A stretch of DNA of 64,000 bases from a virus, in IMG/VR virus record IMGVR_UViG_3300027749_000040, positions 32,001 to 96,000 of that record; one strand, 5' to 3'. Shown here piece after piece: positions 42,139 through 51,162 of the stretch. Under the pieces are notes generated by a model. It was not told the DNA's origin. It did no database searches and saw only the letters and a program-made list of their open reading frames with translations. Each line of letters begins with the position of its first letter. The first letter of the stretch is position 1. The translations under genes were made by a program, and so were the position numbers.

Positions 42139-42959
42139 TACAATTTGTTAATTTATTAGATTCTGAATCGTTAGATGATGTAACTGGATATACTAAAACA
42201 GAACATTTGACTTGGACTGATGAACCGTACAGAATTGATTTTGCATCACGTGGGGAAATAGAACATGCTAGTTCATGGCAAGGTCCTCACTTTGATTACT
42301 ATTTTAATAAATTAGGATTCCGATCCTCAAATGATATACCTAGCAGTATAGATATAGGCGCATTTGGTTGTAGCTTTACAGCTGGATTAGGATTACCCGA
42401 GAATTATCTTTGGCATAACTTACTAGCCAATGAATTAGAGTTGACATCTTTAAATTTTGGCGTGTCTGGGGCATCATGCACATCTATTAGAGATTTATTT
42501 TTAATTACATCTAACCATATACAAATGAAACATGCTGTATTTTTGTTACCTAGCTATAATAGAATGCAAATTGGAATAAAGCACATGCAAAAAGATATGT
42601 TGACTAATTTATCTTTAATACCTGGTTTAAAAAGTGAACTATCATATAGTTATGGGGTAGATGTTGAAATGTTATTCAAACATATACCCGATGATGAACA
42701 AATAAAAACCTTTAAAAATGACATATACTTAATAGACTATGTTGCAAAACACAGAGATATTAAAGTATATTTTTCATCTTGGGACGGTGACACATATAAT
42801 TTGCTTAAGCAATTAAACTTAAAGAATAGTACGGTGGTGCCGTTATGGAGTTCACAGAGTAAAGAACAGGCAGACTCAGATTTAGCTAGAGACAAAAAAC
42901 ATCCCGGCCCCATACATCATAAACAATGGGCTGATGTTGTTAGGGAATTTATTAAATGA
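42135..42959 (+). CDS. SGNH-like hydrolase-fold protein
   Basis: FNKLGFRS, FGCSFT (GxS block I), NFGVSGAS and ARDKKHPG (DxxH). Confidence 0.65.
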   Translation: MIQFVNLLDSESLDDVTGYTKTEHLTWTDEPYRIDFASRGEIEHASSWQGPHFDYYFNKLGFRSSNDIPSSIDIGAFGCSFTAGLGLPENYLWHNLLANELELTSLNFGVSGASCTSIRDLFLITSNHIQMKHAVFLLPSYNRMQIGIKHMQKDMLTNLSLIPGLKSELSYSYGVDVEMLFKHIPDDEQIKTFKNDIYLIDYVAKHRDIKVYFSSWDGDTYNLLKQLNLKNSTVVPLWSSQSKEQADSDLARDKKHPGPIHHKQWADVVREFIK

Positions 42960-44452
42960 ACTATATAGGTATATCCTCAGGATTTCACGATGCCGCACTA
43001 AGTGTTATAGATGACAAAGGTAATATATTGTTTGCCGGCCACAGTGAACGTTATAACAAAGACAAACACACAAAGCACTTGTGTTATGATATAGTTGAAG
43101 ATGCACTATCATATACAACCTCACGTGATATCAAGATTCATTACTATGAACGCCCTTGGATGAAGTTTCTGCGACAAGTTAGATCAGGTGAAAAACCTGT
43201 ATTATCTAATTTGTTTGTTAAAGAGATTATAGGTCGTGGATTACTTCATAAGTTACAAGATGGTCGTGGTGATAAGGTTCATACACATAATCATCACCTA
43301 AGTCATGCAGCCGCAGGATTTCAAACAAGTCCCTATGATGATGCTACTGTAGTTGTTATTGACGCTATTGGTGAGTTTGACACAATCAGTATTTATAATG
43401 CATGGTATGACAAAAATGGTGTAGCAAAATATAAGAAGTTATGGGGACAATATTATCCTAATAGCATTGGTTTGTTTTATAGTGCAATGACACAACGAGT
43501 GGGTTTAAAACCACTAGACGAAGAATACATTCTTATGGGTATGGCAGCATATGGTAAATCAAAACCAGTAGATAAGATGTCTACTCAGTTAATAAAATCA
43601 TACAGAGACATTACATTCAGGGATAACTTGCACACGGGTGTATCTGATAACTTTTTAGAGGGTGCAGATAACATGGATATTGCTTGTAGCGCACAATTAA
43701 TTGTTGAACAATTAATTACTAATGTTATCAGCAAAGCAAAAATGTTAGGCGGTAGCAAGAATTTTGTATATAGTGGCGGAGTCGCACTAAATTGTTTAGC
43801 AAATAGATTGTTAGGAAACTTTTACGACAACATTTGGATTATGCCTAATCCCGGCGATGCTGGTTCTAGTCTTGGAGCAGCCTGCCTTGGCTATGGCAAA
43901 CATGTTAATTGGACTAATGCTTTTCTTGGTCATAATATTAGCGGTAATTATCCTACCAATCGTATTCTTGACTCTCTACTTACTGATAAAATTACAGGAG
44001 TCGCTAGTGGTAGAGCAGAGTTTGGGCCCAGAGCACTTGGACATAGAAGCTTGCTTGCAGATCCACGAGGTAATGACATAAAGGATAAAGTAAATGAAAT
44101 TAAACGTAGACAAAAATTCAGACCCTTCGCCCCGATTATTCTGGAGGAACATGCTGATACTTACTTTGATATGCCTCATGGTTTCAGTAATAGTAGGTAT
44201 ATGCAAGTCATCAGTCGTTGTAGGGTACCTGACTTATTTCCTGCTATCGTTCATCACGACGGTACTAGTCGTGTACAGACAGTCCCAAAAGATGGAAGTG
44301 GAATTAGAGAACTACTTGAAAAATGGTACATACTAACAGGATGCCCTATGTTGTTGAATACATCATTGAATGTTCGCGGAGAACCAATGGTAAATGACCG
44401 AAAAGATGCGGATCGCTTTGAATTAATGTATAATGTAAAAGTTATATCATAA
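42956..44452 (+). CDS. Carbamoyltransferase (NodU/CmcH/TobZ family)
   Basis: HDAA, HHLSHAA, IDAIGE, GGVALNC, GDAGSSLGAA, EFGPRALGHRS, FRPFAP, DGTSRVQTV and LNTSLN. Confidence 0.93.
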   Translation: MNYIGISSGFHDAALSVIDDKGNILFAGHSERYNKDKHTKHLCYDIVEDALSYTTSRDIKIHYYERPWMKFLRQVRSGEKPVLSNLFVKEIIGRGLLHKLQDGRGDKVHTHNHHLSHAAAGFQTSPYDDATVVVIDAIGEFDTISIYNAWYDKNGVAKYKKLWGQYYPNSIGLFYSAMTQRVGLKPLDEEYILMGMAAYGKSKPVDKMSTQLIKSYRDITFRDNLHTGVSDNFLEGADNMDIACSAQLIVEQLITNVISKAKMLGGSKNFVYSGGVALNCLANRLLGNFYDNIWIMPNPGDAGSSLGAACLGYGKHVNWTNAFLGHNISGNYPTNRILDSLLTDKITGVASGRAEFGPRALGHRSLLADPRGNDIKDKVNEIKRRQKFRPFAPIILEEHADTYFDMPHGFSNSRYMQVISRCRVPDLFPAIVHHDGTSRVQTVPKDGSGIRELLEKWYILTGCPMLLNTSLNVRGEPMVNDRKDADRFELMYNVKVIS

Positions 44453-44462
44453 GTAAATATCT

Positions 44463-47400
44463 ATGCTAAGAGATGTATTTTATTTCGGAGAAAAACCCAA
44501 TGTTCACCCTAGAGAAAAGTTTGCAACAGATTTAGTTGACGCTAAACGACAGTGTACAACCGAACACTTTTGGATAATAAACGAACATTGTAATTATAAA
44601 GATTTTGATTGGGACTGGGAGTTTGACTTCCTGCCTGACGAAGATGTATGGGCTGAAGAACACAATAATGTATGGCCAAGTCCCTATCAGAAAGATAGTG
44701 GCACTTGTCTGTGTTCAACTAATTTAGATGCAGTAACAATATATCGTGCTGATGTTGATCCTATACCATTAAAAGATGAAATAACAAACAACTGGAAGAT
44801 TATTGAGTACATTGATGAATCTAAATTTGATTTTAAATGGCACCCAGACCCAAACGATCCGCCGTACATTTATGTATGGGGTAATAAATGGTATCCCGGT
44901 ACAATCATGCCAACAGTTGAGTATCATGTACCTGGGGCAACAGATAGAAAATATATATTAGACAATTTAGCACCATTATTGCCTATGCCAATGTTGTTTA
45001 ATATTATATATGAGCCTGCTGACTTTGATTATAGTTGGAGACCAGACCCAACTGCACCACCATACATATATGTGTTTGGTAATAATCAACATCCAGCAAG
45101 CGTGATGCCAACAGTTGAGTTTCATGTAGAGGGGGCGACTGAGCGCAAATTCATTGAGAATATTATACCCAAGTTAGCCGCAAGACCCGCTGACTTTGAA
45201 ACACTAGAAAATATTGATCCAACAACATTTGACATGACATGGGTTCCTGACCCGACGGCACCTCCTTACATTTATGCTTGGGGTAATCAATGGAATAAAC
45301 CTGAAGATAAGATTAGTGTTATACGTAGAGTAGAAGGTGCAACTGAATACAAATACATGGAAGCACGTGTAAAACGTAATCCATGTATGGATAACTGGAA
45401 TATACCTAATAACATGTTTCAAAATAAGTTTGACTTTAGCTGGGAACCCAATCCACATGATCCACCATTTATATATCAGTTTGGTACGCAATGGCAAAAG
45501 ACAGGCGGTCCCAAATATGTCGTAGAAGGTGCAACGGAGATAAAATATATAGATGTATTAAAAGCAGAAGTAGTTTGCACACAGTTTGAAAATTGGCAAG
45601 TGCCAAGAAATATAGACCAAACTAAGTTTGATTTTAGCTGGCATCCAGACGATACTGAAGAACCCTTCATTTATCAGTTTCCCGATCAATGGACCCGTAC
45701 AGGTGGTCCTAGATATGTAGTACCAAGCGCAACTGAAATAAAATACATAGATGTACAAATAGCAATTGCTAAACAAGATAAAACACATTGGTCAATACCT
45801 GAAAATATTGATACAACTGACTTTGACTTCAGTTGGCATCCCGACATTGACCATGCACCATTGATATATCAATTCGGTACGCAATGGCAACGAACGGGCG
45901 GTCCTAAATTCTACGCAGTAGGTTGTACTGAAGATAGCGACATACAATATGTGGATACTCTTAAAGCTAAAGCAATAGTTGACATGAGTAACTGGTGTGT
46001 TCCTAACAACTTAGATATAGATACGTTTGATTTTAGCTGGCACCCAGACGCTACAGAAGATCCGTTCATCTATCAGTTTGGAACTGAATACTCTAAAGTA
46101 GGTGGACCTAAGTATACTGTCAACGGAGCAACTGATATCAAATACGTTGCAGATATCATTGCTAAATTGCAACAGAATTATGACAACTGGATTATACCTG
46201 ACTACATTGATAAAGGCTCATTTGATTTTAGTTGGGTACCCGATGTTGAAGACAAGCCTTATATCTATCAGTTCGGTACACAGTGGCAAAAGACAGGTGG
46301 ACCAAAGTATGTAGTAGAGGGTGCATCTGAGATTAAGTATGTTAATGTAATTAAAGCAAAGAAATTGCAACATGAAAATACTGCATGGAAAACATTAATC
46401 AATATAAGTGATTTTGATTTCAGTTGGCATCCCGATGATTCAGATGAACCCTACATATATGTGTTCGGCAATCAATGGAATGATGCTACATTAGAATCTA
46501 CTGTAGAATATCATGTTGAAGGTGCAACACAAAGAAAATATGTTACTGACTTAATTGCTCAGGCAGCACCGTACAAAGAAGATTGGGTCAACGTAGAAGA
46601 TGTAGAAAGTTTTGACTATAGCTGGAGACCTAATCCAACCGACCCTGCATACATATATGTGTTCGGTAATACGCAGTATCCAAACACAATCATGCCAACT
46701 GTCAAGTTAGTAAAACGTGGTGCAACACAAGAAAAGTTTATAGATGATATGGTAGCCACATTGGCACAAAAGCCTGAGTTGTTTATTAACACAAAATTAA
46801 TTAAAGACTTTGATTATTCATGGAGACCTAATCCTAAGGATCCCCCATATGTGTATCAGTTTGGTACACAGTGGGCTAAGACACATGGGCCTCAATTTAC
46901 AGTAGAGGGTGCTACTGAAAGCAAGTTTGTCAACGAACCAGTATCAACTATCTTACCTGATATGACATATTGGGAAATACCAGAGAACGTTGACGTAACT
47001 AAGTTTGACTTTAGCTGGCATCCTGATGCAACTAGCCCTCCGTACATCTATCAGTTTGGTACAATACTAGATGAGAAAGATGGTCCTAGATATATTGTTC
47101 CTGGCAACACTGGTGTTGTTGTTAATATAGAACGTACAGAGATTGTACTAGAAGAATTAGAATTCCCTAAGTATACAATTAAGACTACACTAGAAGATTT
47201 GATTGAAGACCATACCGGTGAAATCTTCTGGGCATTAAACCCTGATTTAGATTATAGTGAGTTTGACTTCAAGTGGGTACCTGATAAACAAAACGTTTAT
47301 CATGTTAACGCATTCGGTAGTAAAGATAACATGAACTCACAAACTTACTTTGTTAACGGTAAGATGTGGCAAAAGGGTTATAGAGATATAAATTATATTG

Positions 47401-49160
47401 AAGATAAAGTAGTTGAAGTTCGTACTAAGATTGACATGTTCTTCATTGACAAGGGCAATAGTGAGTCGCTAGCTAGATTCCAACAACTACGTGAAAGATT
47501 CCCCAACATAACTAAGACAAGATATCTAAACAGTTGGGTAGAAACAATTAATCGTTGTATAACTAAGTCTGAAACAAATTTATGCTGGATATTGAATAGC
47601 GAACTAGATTATACTGACTTTGAATTTGATTACTATCCTAGCCCGTGGCAGATGCGTATGGTACATGTGTTTGGAACTCAATGGAGTCACTGGGGCACAA
47701 CATTCATGGTCAATAAGACTACGTTCCCTGAAGATACAAAGTATGTCAAAATTATTGAGCACTTATCCACATTAAACTTTGTTAAACGTAAGACAGCAAA
47801 AGCAACCAATTGCTTATATGATATTGTAATGATTGACCATGGCAATAAAGAAACACAATATATTCGCAAAATTGTCAAAGACAGAACTGGTAGAGATTCT
47901 GAAATTGTTAAGTACAATAGAAGCTATTTACAAACATTTAAGTCAATGTTGAAAGACATTCAACCTAAGAAAGAACACTATCTTTGGGTATGTTCTAGTA
48001 TCTGTGACTATGAAAACTTTGACTTTAGTTATATATGTGATCCATATGCTAAAGATCAACTGCATGTTTTCCCTAGTGACAAACAAAAGTTTGGAGATAC
48101 ATTCTTAATCGATGTAAGCAAGTTCAAGTTATTAATTGATGATATGATTATGATAGAAGACTATGAGAAGGTTAATTATAATCAACATCAAAGAGTAAAG
48201 CGTTTACCAGCACCCGTTATTATTACAAAAGAAGATACACATGTCACTAATATTCATACTGATTTTGATTGGCCTTACGCTACGTTTGTCACGCAAGACA
48301 ACAAAGAATTAAATGTACATGATAATGAACCTATAAGCTTATGGACACTTGACACCAAGAACATACTGATTACTAGTACAGGTGGAACACGAATTATTGT
48401 CCCTAAAGAAGCAAAAGATTATGTAGAGAATGAACTGTATGATTACCCATACATCAGTCGTAGCAAATCTCTAGCGCAATCCCAGCCATTGGATATAGTC
48501 TTCCTAAGCAACGGAGAAACTGGAGCTGACGAGAACTACGAACACTTACTGAAAGTGACTAAGGGATTACGTAATAGAGTTGTTCGTGTTGATGGCGTGA
48601 ATGGTCGTGTAGCGGCATATCACGCAGCCGCACTAGCAAGCAACACACCTTGGATGTTTACTGTGTTTGCTAAATTAAAAGTCAATAATAAATTTGATTG
48701 GAGTTGGCAACCTGACAGATTGCAAGTTCCTAAGCATTATATCTTTACTGCATCTAACCCAGTAAACAAACTAGAGTATGGTCACCAAGCTATGATTGCC
48801 TACAACAAGCGTATCACACTTGCTAACAATGGTACTGGTCTTGACTTTACGCTTGACAATGAACATGAAGTTATTGAAGTGAATAGCGGTGTTGCTGTGT
48901 ATAATACAGATGCATGGAGTACATGGCGTACTGCATTTAGAGAAGCAATCAAATTAGTTGCCGCAACTGATGATATGTCTAAACAAAGACTTGATGCATG
49001 GTTAAATATTGGTGAAGGAGACTTTGCTCAATATAGTTGCAATGGTGCAAAAGATGCAGTAGAATACTACAATCAAGTCAATGGCGACTTAGACAAATTG
49101 CGTTTAAGTTATGATTGGTTATGGCTAAAAGAATATTATAATAAAAAATACAAATTATGA
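44463..49160 (+). CDS. 1,565-aa repeat protein with C-terminal glycosyltransferase-like domain(s)
   Basis: 12 tandem ~65-aa repeats, then degenerate GT-like modules and a terminal domain (LSNGE..AYHAAA..WRTAFREAIKL) homologous to 20835..21788. Confidence 0.75.
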   Translation: MLRDVFYFGEKPNVHPREKFATDLVDAKRQCTTEHFWIINEHCNYKDFDWDWEFDFLPDEDVWAEEHNNVWPSPYQKDSGTCLCSTNLDAVTIYRADVDPIPLKDEITNNWKIIEYIDESKFDFKWHPDPNDPPYIYVWGNKWYPGTIMPTVEYHVPGATDRKYILDNLAPLLPMPMLFNIIYEPADFDYSWRPDPTAPPYIYVFGNNQHPASVMPTVEFHVEGATERKFIENIIPKLAARPADFETLENIDPTTFDMTWVPDPTAPPYIYAWGNQWNKPEDKISVIRRVEGATEYKYMEARVKRNPCMDNWNIPNNMFQNKFDFSWEPNPHDPPFIYQFGTQWQKTGGPKYVVEGATEIKYIDVLKAEVVCTQFENWQVPRNIDQTKFDFSWHPDDTEEPFIYQFPDQWTRTGGPRYVVPSATEIKYIDVQIAIAKQDKTHWSIPENIDTTDFDFSWHPDIDHAPLIYQFGTQWQRTGGPKFYAVGCTEDSDIQYVDTLKAKAIVDMSNWCVPNNLDIDTFDFSWHPDATEDPFIYQFGTEYSKVGGPKYTVNGATDIKYVADIIAKLQQNYDNWIIPDYIDKGSFDFSWVPDVEDKPYIYQFGTQWQKTGGPKYVVEGASEIKYVNVIKAKKLQHENTAWKTLINISDFDFSWHPDDSDEPYIYVFGNQWNDATLESTVEYHVEGATQRKYVTDLIAQAAPYKEDWVNVEDVESFDYSWRPNPTDPAYIYVFGNTQYPNTIMPTVKLVKRGATQEKFIDDMVATLAQKPELFINTKLIKDFDYSWRPNPKDPPYVYQFGTQWAKTHGPQFTVEGATESKFVNEPVSTILPDMTYWEIPENVDVTKFDFSWHPDATSPPYIYQFGTILDEKDGPRYIVPGNTGVVVNIERTEIVLEELEFPKYTIKTTLEDLIEDHTGEIFWALNPDLDYSEFDFKWVPDKQNVYHVNAFGSKDNMNSQTYFVNGKMWQKGYRDINYIEDKVVEVRTKIDMFFIDKGNSESLARFQQLRERFPNITKTRYLNSWVETINRCITKSETNLCWILNSELDYTDFEFDYYPSPWQMRMVHVFGTQWSHWGTTFMVNKTTFPEDTKYVKIIEHLSTLNFVKRKTAKATNCLYDIVMIDHGNKETQYIRKIVKDRTGRDSEIVKYNRSYLQTFKSMLKDIQPKKEHYLWVCSSICDYENFDFSYICDPYAKDQLHVFPSDKQKFGDTFLIDVSKFKLLIDDMIMIEDYEKVNYNQHQRVKRLPAPVIITKEDTHVTNIHTDFDWPYATFVTQDNKELNVHDNEPISLWTLDTKNILITSTGGTRIIVPKEAKDYVENELYDYPYISRSKSLAQSQPLDIVFLSNGETGADENYEHLLKVTKGLRNRVVRVDGVNGRVAAYHAAALASNTPWMFTVFAKLKVNNKFDWSWQPDRLQVPKHYIFTASNPVNKLEYGHQAMIAYNKRITLANNGTGLDFTLDNEHEVIEVNSGVAVYNTDAWSTWRTAFREAIKLVAATDDMSKQRLDAWLNIGEGDFAQYSCNGAKDAVEYYNQVNGDLDKLRLSYDWLWLKEYYNKKYKL
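44793..47111 (+). repeat. Intragenic tandem repeat: 12 units of ~63-68 aa
   Basis: Consensus W-x-I-P-x-N-I-D-x3-FDFSWHPD-x4-PYIYQFGTQW-x2-TGGPKY-x-VEGATE-x-KY, counted by eye. Confidence 0.9.
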
Positions 49161-50140
49161 AATATCTAATCGTAGAGATGTATATTTCCAAACATTTTGA
49201 AATGTGTGATGAGTTTATACATAAATTAAAAACAGAAGAATATGATGTTTGTATTTTTTATGCACCATCTGAATGGGAATATTGGTTTGTTCATGATTTT
49301 AAAAACTTATGGAATACCATGACAGAAATAATCTATAGTAGAAACAAAAAAATAGAAGTAATTACTGGGGCGGCCAGAGTATTATACGGGGAACCTAAAC
49401 TAGATTATGTCACGGTTCATCCATGGGATACTTATTGGATAACATTAACACATCATAGCCTACAAAATTATGTAAGAGAAACAAAGCTATACACTTACAA
49501 ATACATTTATATGAATAACAATGACCATGCATGGCGTTGTAAACTTATAGATTTGGTAGCTAAGAATAATTTGATTAAGCATGGTGCAGTCTCATGGCAT
49601 AAATTGCGTTATAATTATCCATGGAAATATTTTAAACCTGAAATATTAAAATTAACGGATTCGTTCTCCGGAGATTTTTTTGATATTTTTACACTCCCTG
49701 AAGAATATGATAATTCTTTTATGCAATTGATTAGTGAAACTACTGTCAATGCTCTTTTTATTACGGAAAAAACAGCTATACCACTACTAACATCTAAACC
49801 ATTTTTAGTAGCATCTGTTACTGGTTATCATGCACATTTAAAAAAATTAGGATTTGAGTTATATACTGAAATTTTTGATTATTCATTTGATGATGAAATT
49901 GACGAAGATATAAGATATCAAAAATTACTTAGTAATTTAATTAAAATATGTAATTATTCAAAAGATCAACTAACATCAGCTCACCATCTGATTAAAGAAA
50001 AACTGTTGTTTAATCAAAACAGAGCAATAGAAATTGCAACCAAAAATATTAATAAACCTAGTATTTTAAATAATTTTCCCGAAAAGTTTTGGCATTCCGA
50101 TTCAATGATATATAATAAATATATGTTTATGACTGTATGA
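49157..50140 (+). CDS. Putative glycosyltransferase-like protein (GT-B-like C-terminal half)
   Basis: LISET..FITEKT..KPF..LKKLGF..FDYSFD string resembles the nucleotide-sugar-binding motif of GT10-like enzymes. Confidence 0.45.
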   Translation: MKYLIVEMYISKHFEMCDEFIHKLKTEEYDVCIFYAPSEWEYWFVHDFKNLWNTMTEIIYSRNKKIEVITGAARVLYGEPKLDYVTVHPWDTYWITLTHHSLQNYVRETKLYTYKYIYMNNNDHAWRCKLIDLVAKNNLIKHGAVSWHKLRYNYPWKYFKPEILKLTDSFSGDFFDIFTLPEEYDNSFMQLISETTVNALFITEKTAIPLLTSKPFLVASVTGYHAHLKKLGFELYTEIFDYSFDDEIDEDIRYQKLLSNLIKICNYSKDQLTSAHHLIKEKLLFNQNRAIEIATKNINKPSILNNFPEKFWHSDSMIYNKYMFMTV

Positions 50141-50713
50141 AGTAGACAGAAAAGGATTCAAGACGCGGGGGCAGTGCCCGCCAGGTCCACCATAAGGAAG
50201 TTTAATGAAGATAAGTGAGTTAACATCAGGATACTTGGGACAGATTGCTAAGTTAAATTGGCAACCGGTCAACAAGAGTGTATGGAATTCTATTCAAGAT
50301 GAAGGTCTTGACGAAGAACAAGACACACCCAATCCTGCCGACTGGCTCATGGCGTCATTAAATATTACACCAGATGATGCTCAAGCATTGATGGCATATG
50401 AAGATGATGCAATTGAAGAATTTAATCGTTTTGATATTGCATTGAAGCAACGCTATCCTGGCATGGTAGATTTAATTGATTACGACAACGGTACTGTTAC
50501 TATTGTCAAAGTCAAGTAAGTTTTCTTATGATGGGCCTGACACAGGATCGATTGGGTCACAAGTATTGAAATGGACAGTCCGGCAATGTAGAAGCCGTTA
50601 GGATTGGGGTCTCCCGGTCGCAGACACAAAAAACGTAAATGCAAACGACGAACTTTTTGCCTTAGCGGCCTAAACACCGCTTAGGGGAACTATCCCTCGT
50701 AACAGAAAATAGT
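50131..50713 (+). ncRNA. ssrA: Circularly permuted (two-piece) tmRNA gene, alphaproteobacterial-type; acceptor piece ~50131-50192, coding piece 50533-~50713
   Basis: T-arm GCGGG-GGCAGTG-CCCGC (50165-50181) and CAGGTCC-ACCA (50182-50192) lie upstream of the 5' acceptor strand GGGCCTG (50533-50539), giving 7 bp with G3-U70. Tag frame GCA AAC GAC GAA CTT TTT GCC TTA GCG GCC TAA = ANDELFALAA (50641-50673). Terminal pseudoknot with AACAGAA loop (50701-50707). Inter-piece pairing gactgt/acagtc and gattcaa/ttgggtc. Confidence 0.93.
50205..50519 (+). CDS. 104-aa acidic protein encoded inside the tmRNA intervening segment
   Basis: SD AAGGA (50194-50198) lies just after the tmRNA CCA. The ORF spans the loop of the intervening stem. 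Confidence 0.75.
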   Translation: MKISELTSGYLGQIAKLNWQPVNKSVWNSIQDEGLDEEQDTPNPADWLMASLNITPDDAQALMAYEDDAIEEFNRFDIALKQRYPGMVDLIDYDNGTVTIVKVK

Positions 50714-50738
50714 AATAGGCTCCTAGGAGCCTATTTTT
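50714..50738. terminator. Intrinsic terminator after the tmRNA, between convergent units
   Basis: Perfect palindrome AATAGGCTCCTAGGAGCCTATT followed by a T run. Confidence 0.8.
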
Positions 50739-51162
50739 ATGGTGTACATGGACCTGTAACAAATCCACCAGCATCTGGTCTACAAGTTGTAGGCAACGGT
50801 GTGCAAGGGCCAACAATAAACCCGTCCCTACAGTAGTTGATTACAGGTTGTGTTATAACGCTGGGTCCAATTACTACGGGGGGAGTCACAATGACTGTTG
50901 GGCCTACTACTGGTCCTGTTACAAATGTCACAGTGGGTGGTGTAGGCCCAACAACTACTGGGCTGGGAACAGTGCCACTGGGTCCAACTACAAACTGCGG
51001 GGCAGTGGGTGCTGGGCCAGGGCCAACCACAAACGGTGGAGGGATGTCAGCAAGTGACTGTGCTGATAATTTTACTATTTGTGGTTGTGGTGTATCTGTT
51101 GCAGTGCCTACACCGCAGGCAGTTAATGCTGTTACTAATAACAGTGATGCAATTTTTCTCAT
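50737..51162 (-). CDS. Pro/Gly/Val/Thr-rich lipoprotein with 8 xVxGP-type repeats (141 aa)
   Basis: Probable start MRKIASLLLVTALTAC (lipobox LTAC) with SD AAGGAA. Four C-terminal Cys. Only clear minus-strand gene. TAAATA on the minus strand at 51260-51265. Confidence 0.75.
   Translation of the reverse strand: MRKIASLLLVTALTACGVGTATDTPQPQIVKLSAQSLADIPPPFVVGPGPAPTAPQFVVGPSGTVPSPVVVGPTPPTVTFVTGPVVGPTVIVTPPVVIGPSVITQPVINYCRDGFIVGPCTPLPTTCRPDAGGFVTGPCTP

Noticed and set aside
44793-47111. CRISPR array or diversity-generating retroelement repeats
   Set aside because: The repeats are in-frame protein repeats, degenerate at the DNA level. There are no identical direct repeats with spacers, no adenine-specific variation noticed, and no reverse transcriptase or cas gene.
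50165-50192. Isolated tRNA 3' fragment or prophage att site ending in CCA
   Set aside because: It pairs with GGGCCTG at 50533 (including G3-U70) and is followed by a tag frame and pseudoknot, so it is the acceptor piece of a permuted tmRNA. No integrase or duplicated att core is visible.
50193-50532. Group I intron or homing endonuclease within the tmRNA
   Set aside because: The insert is fully occupied by the ORF and closing stem. No intron core elements and no LAGLIDADG, HNH or GIY-YIG motif are visible.
50480-50677. 65-aa minus-strand ORF
   Set aside because: It is antisense to the tmRNA coding piece and shows no convincing translation signals.
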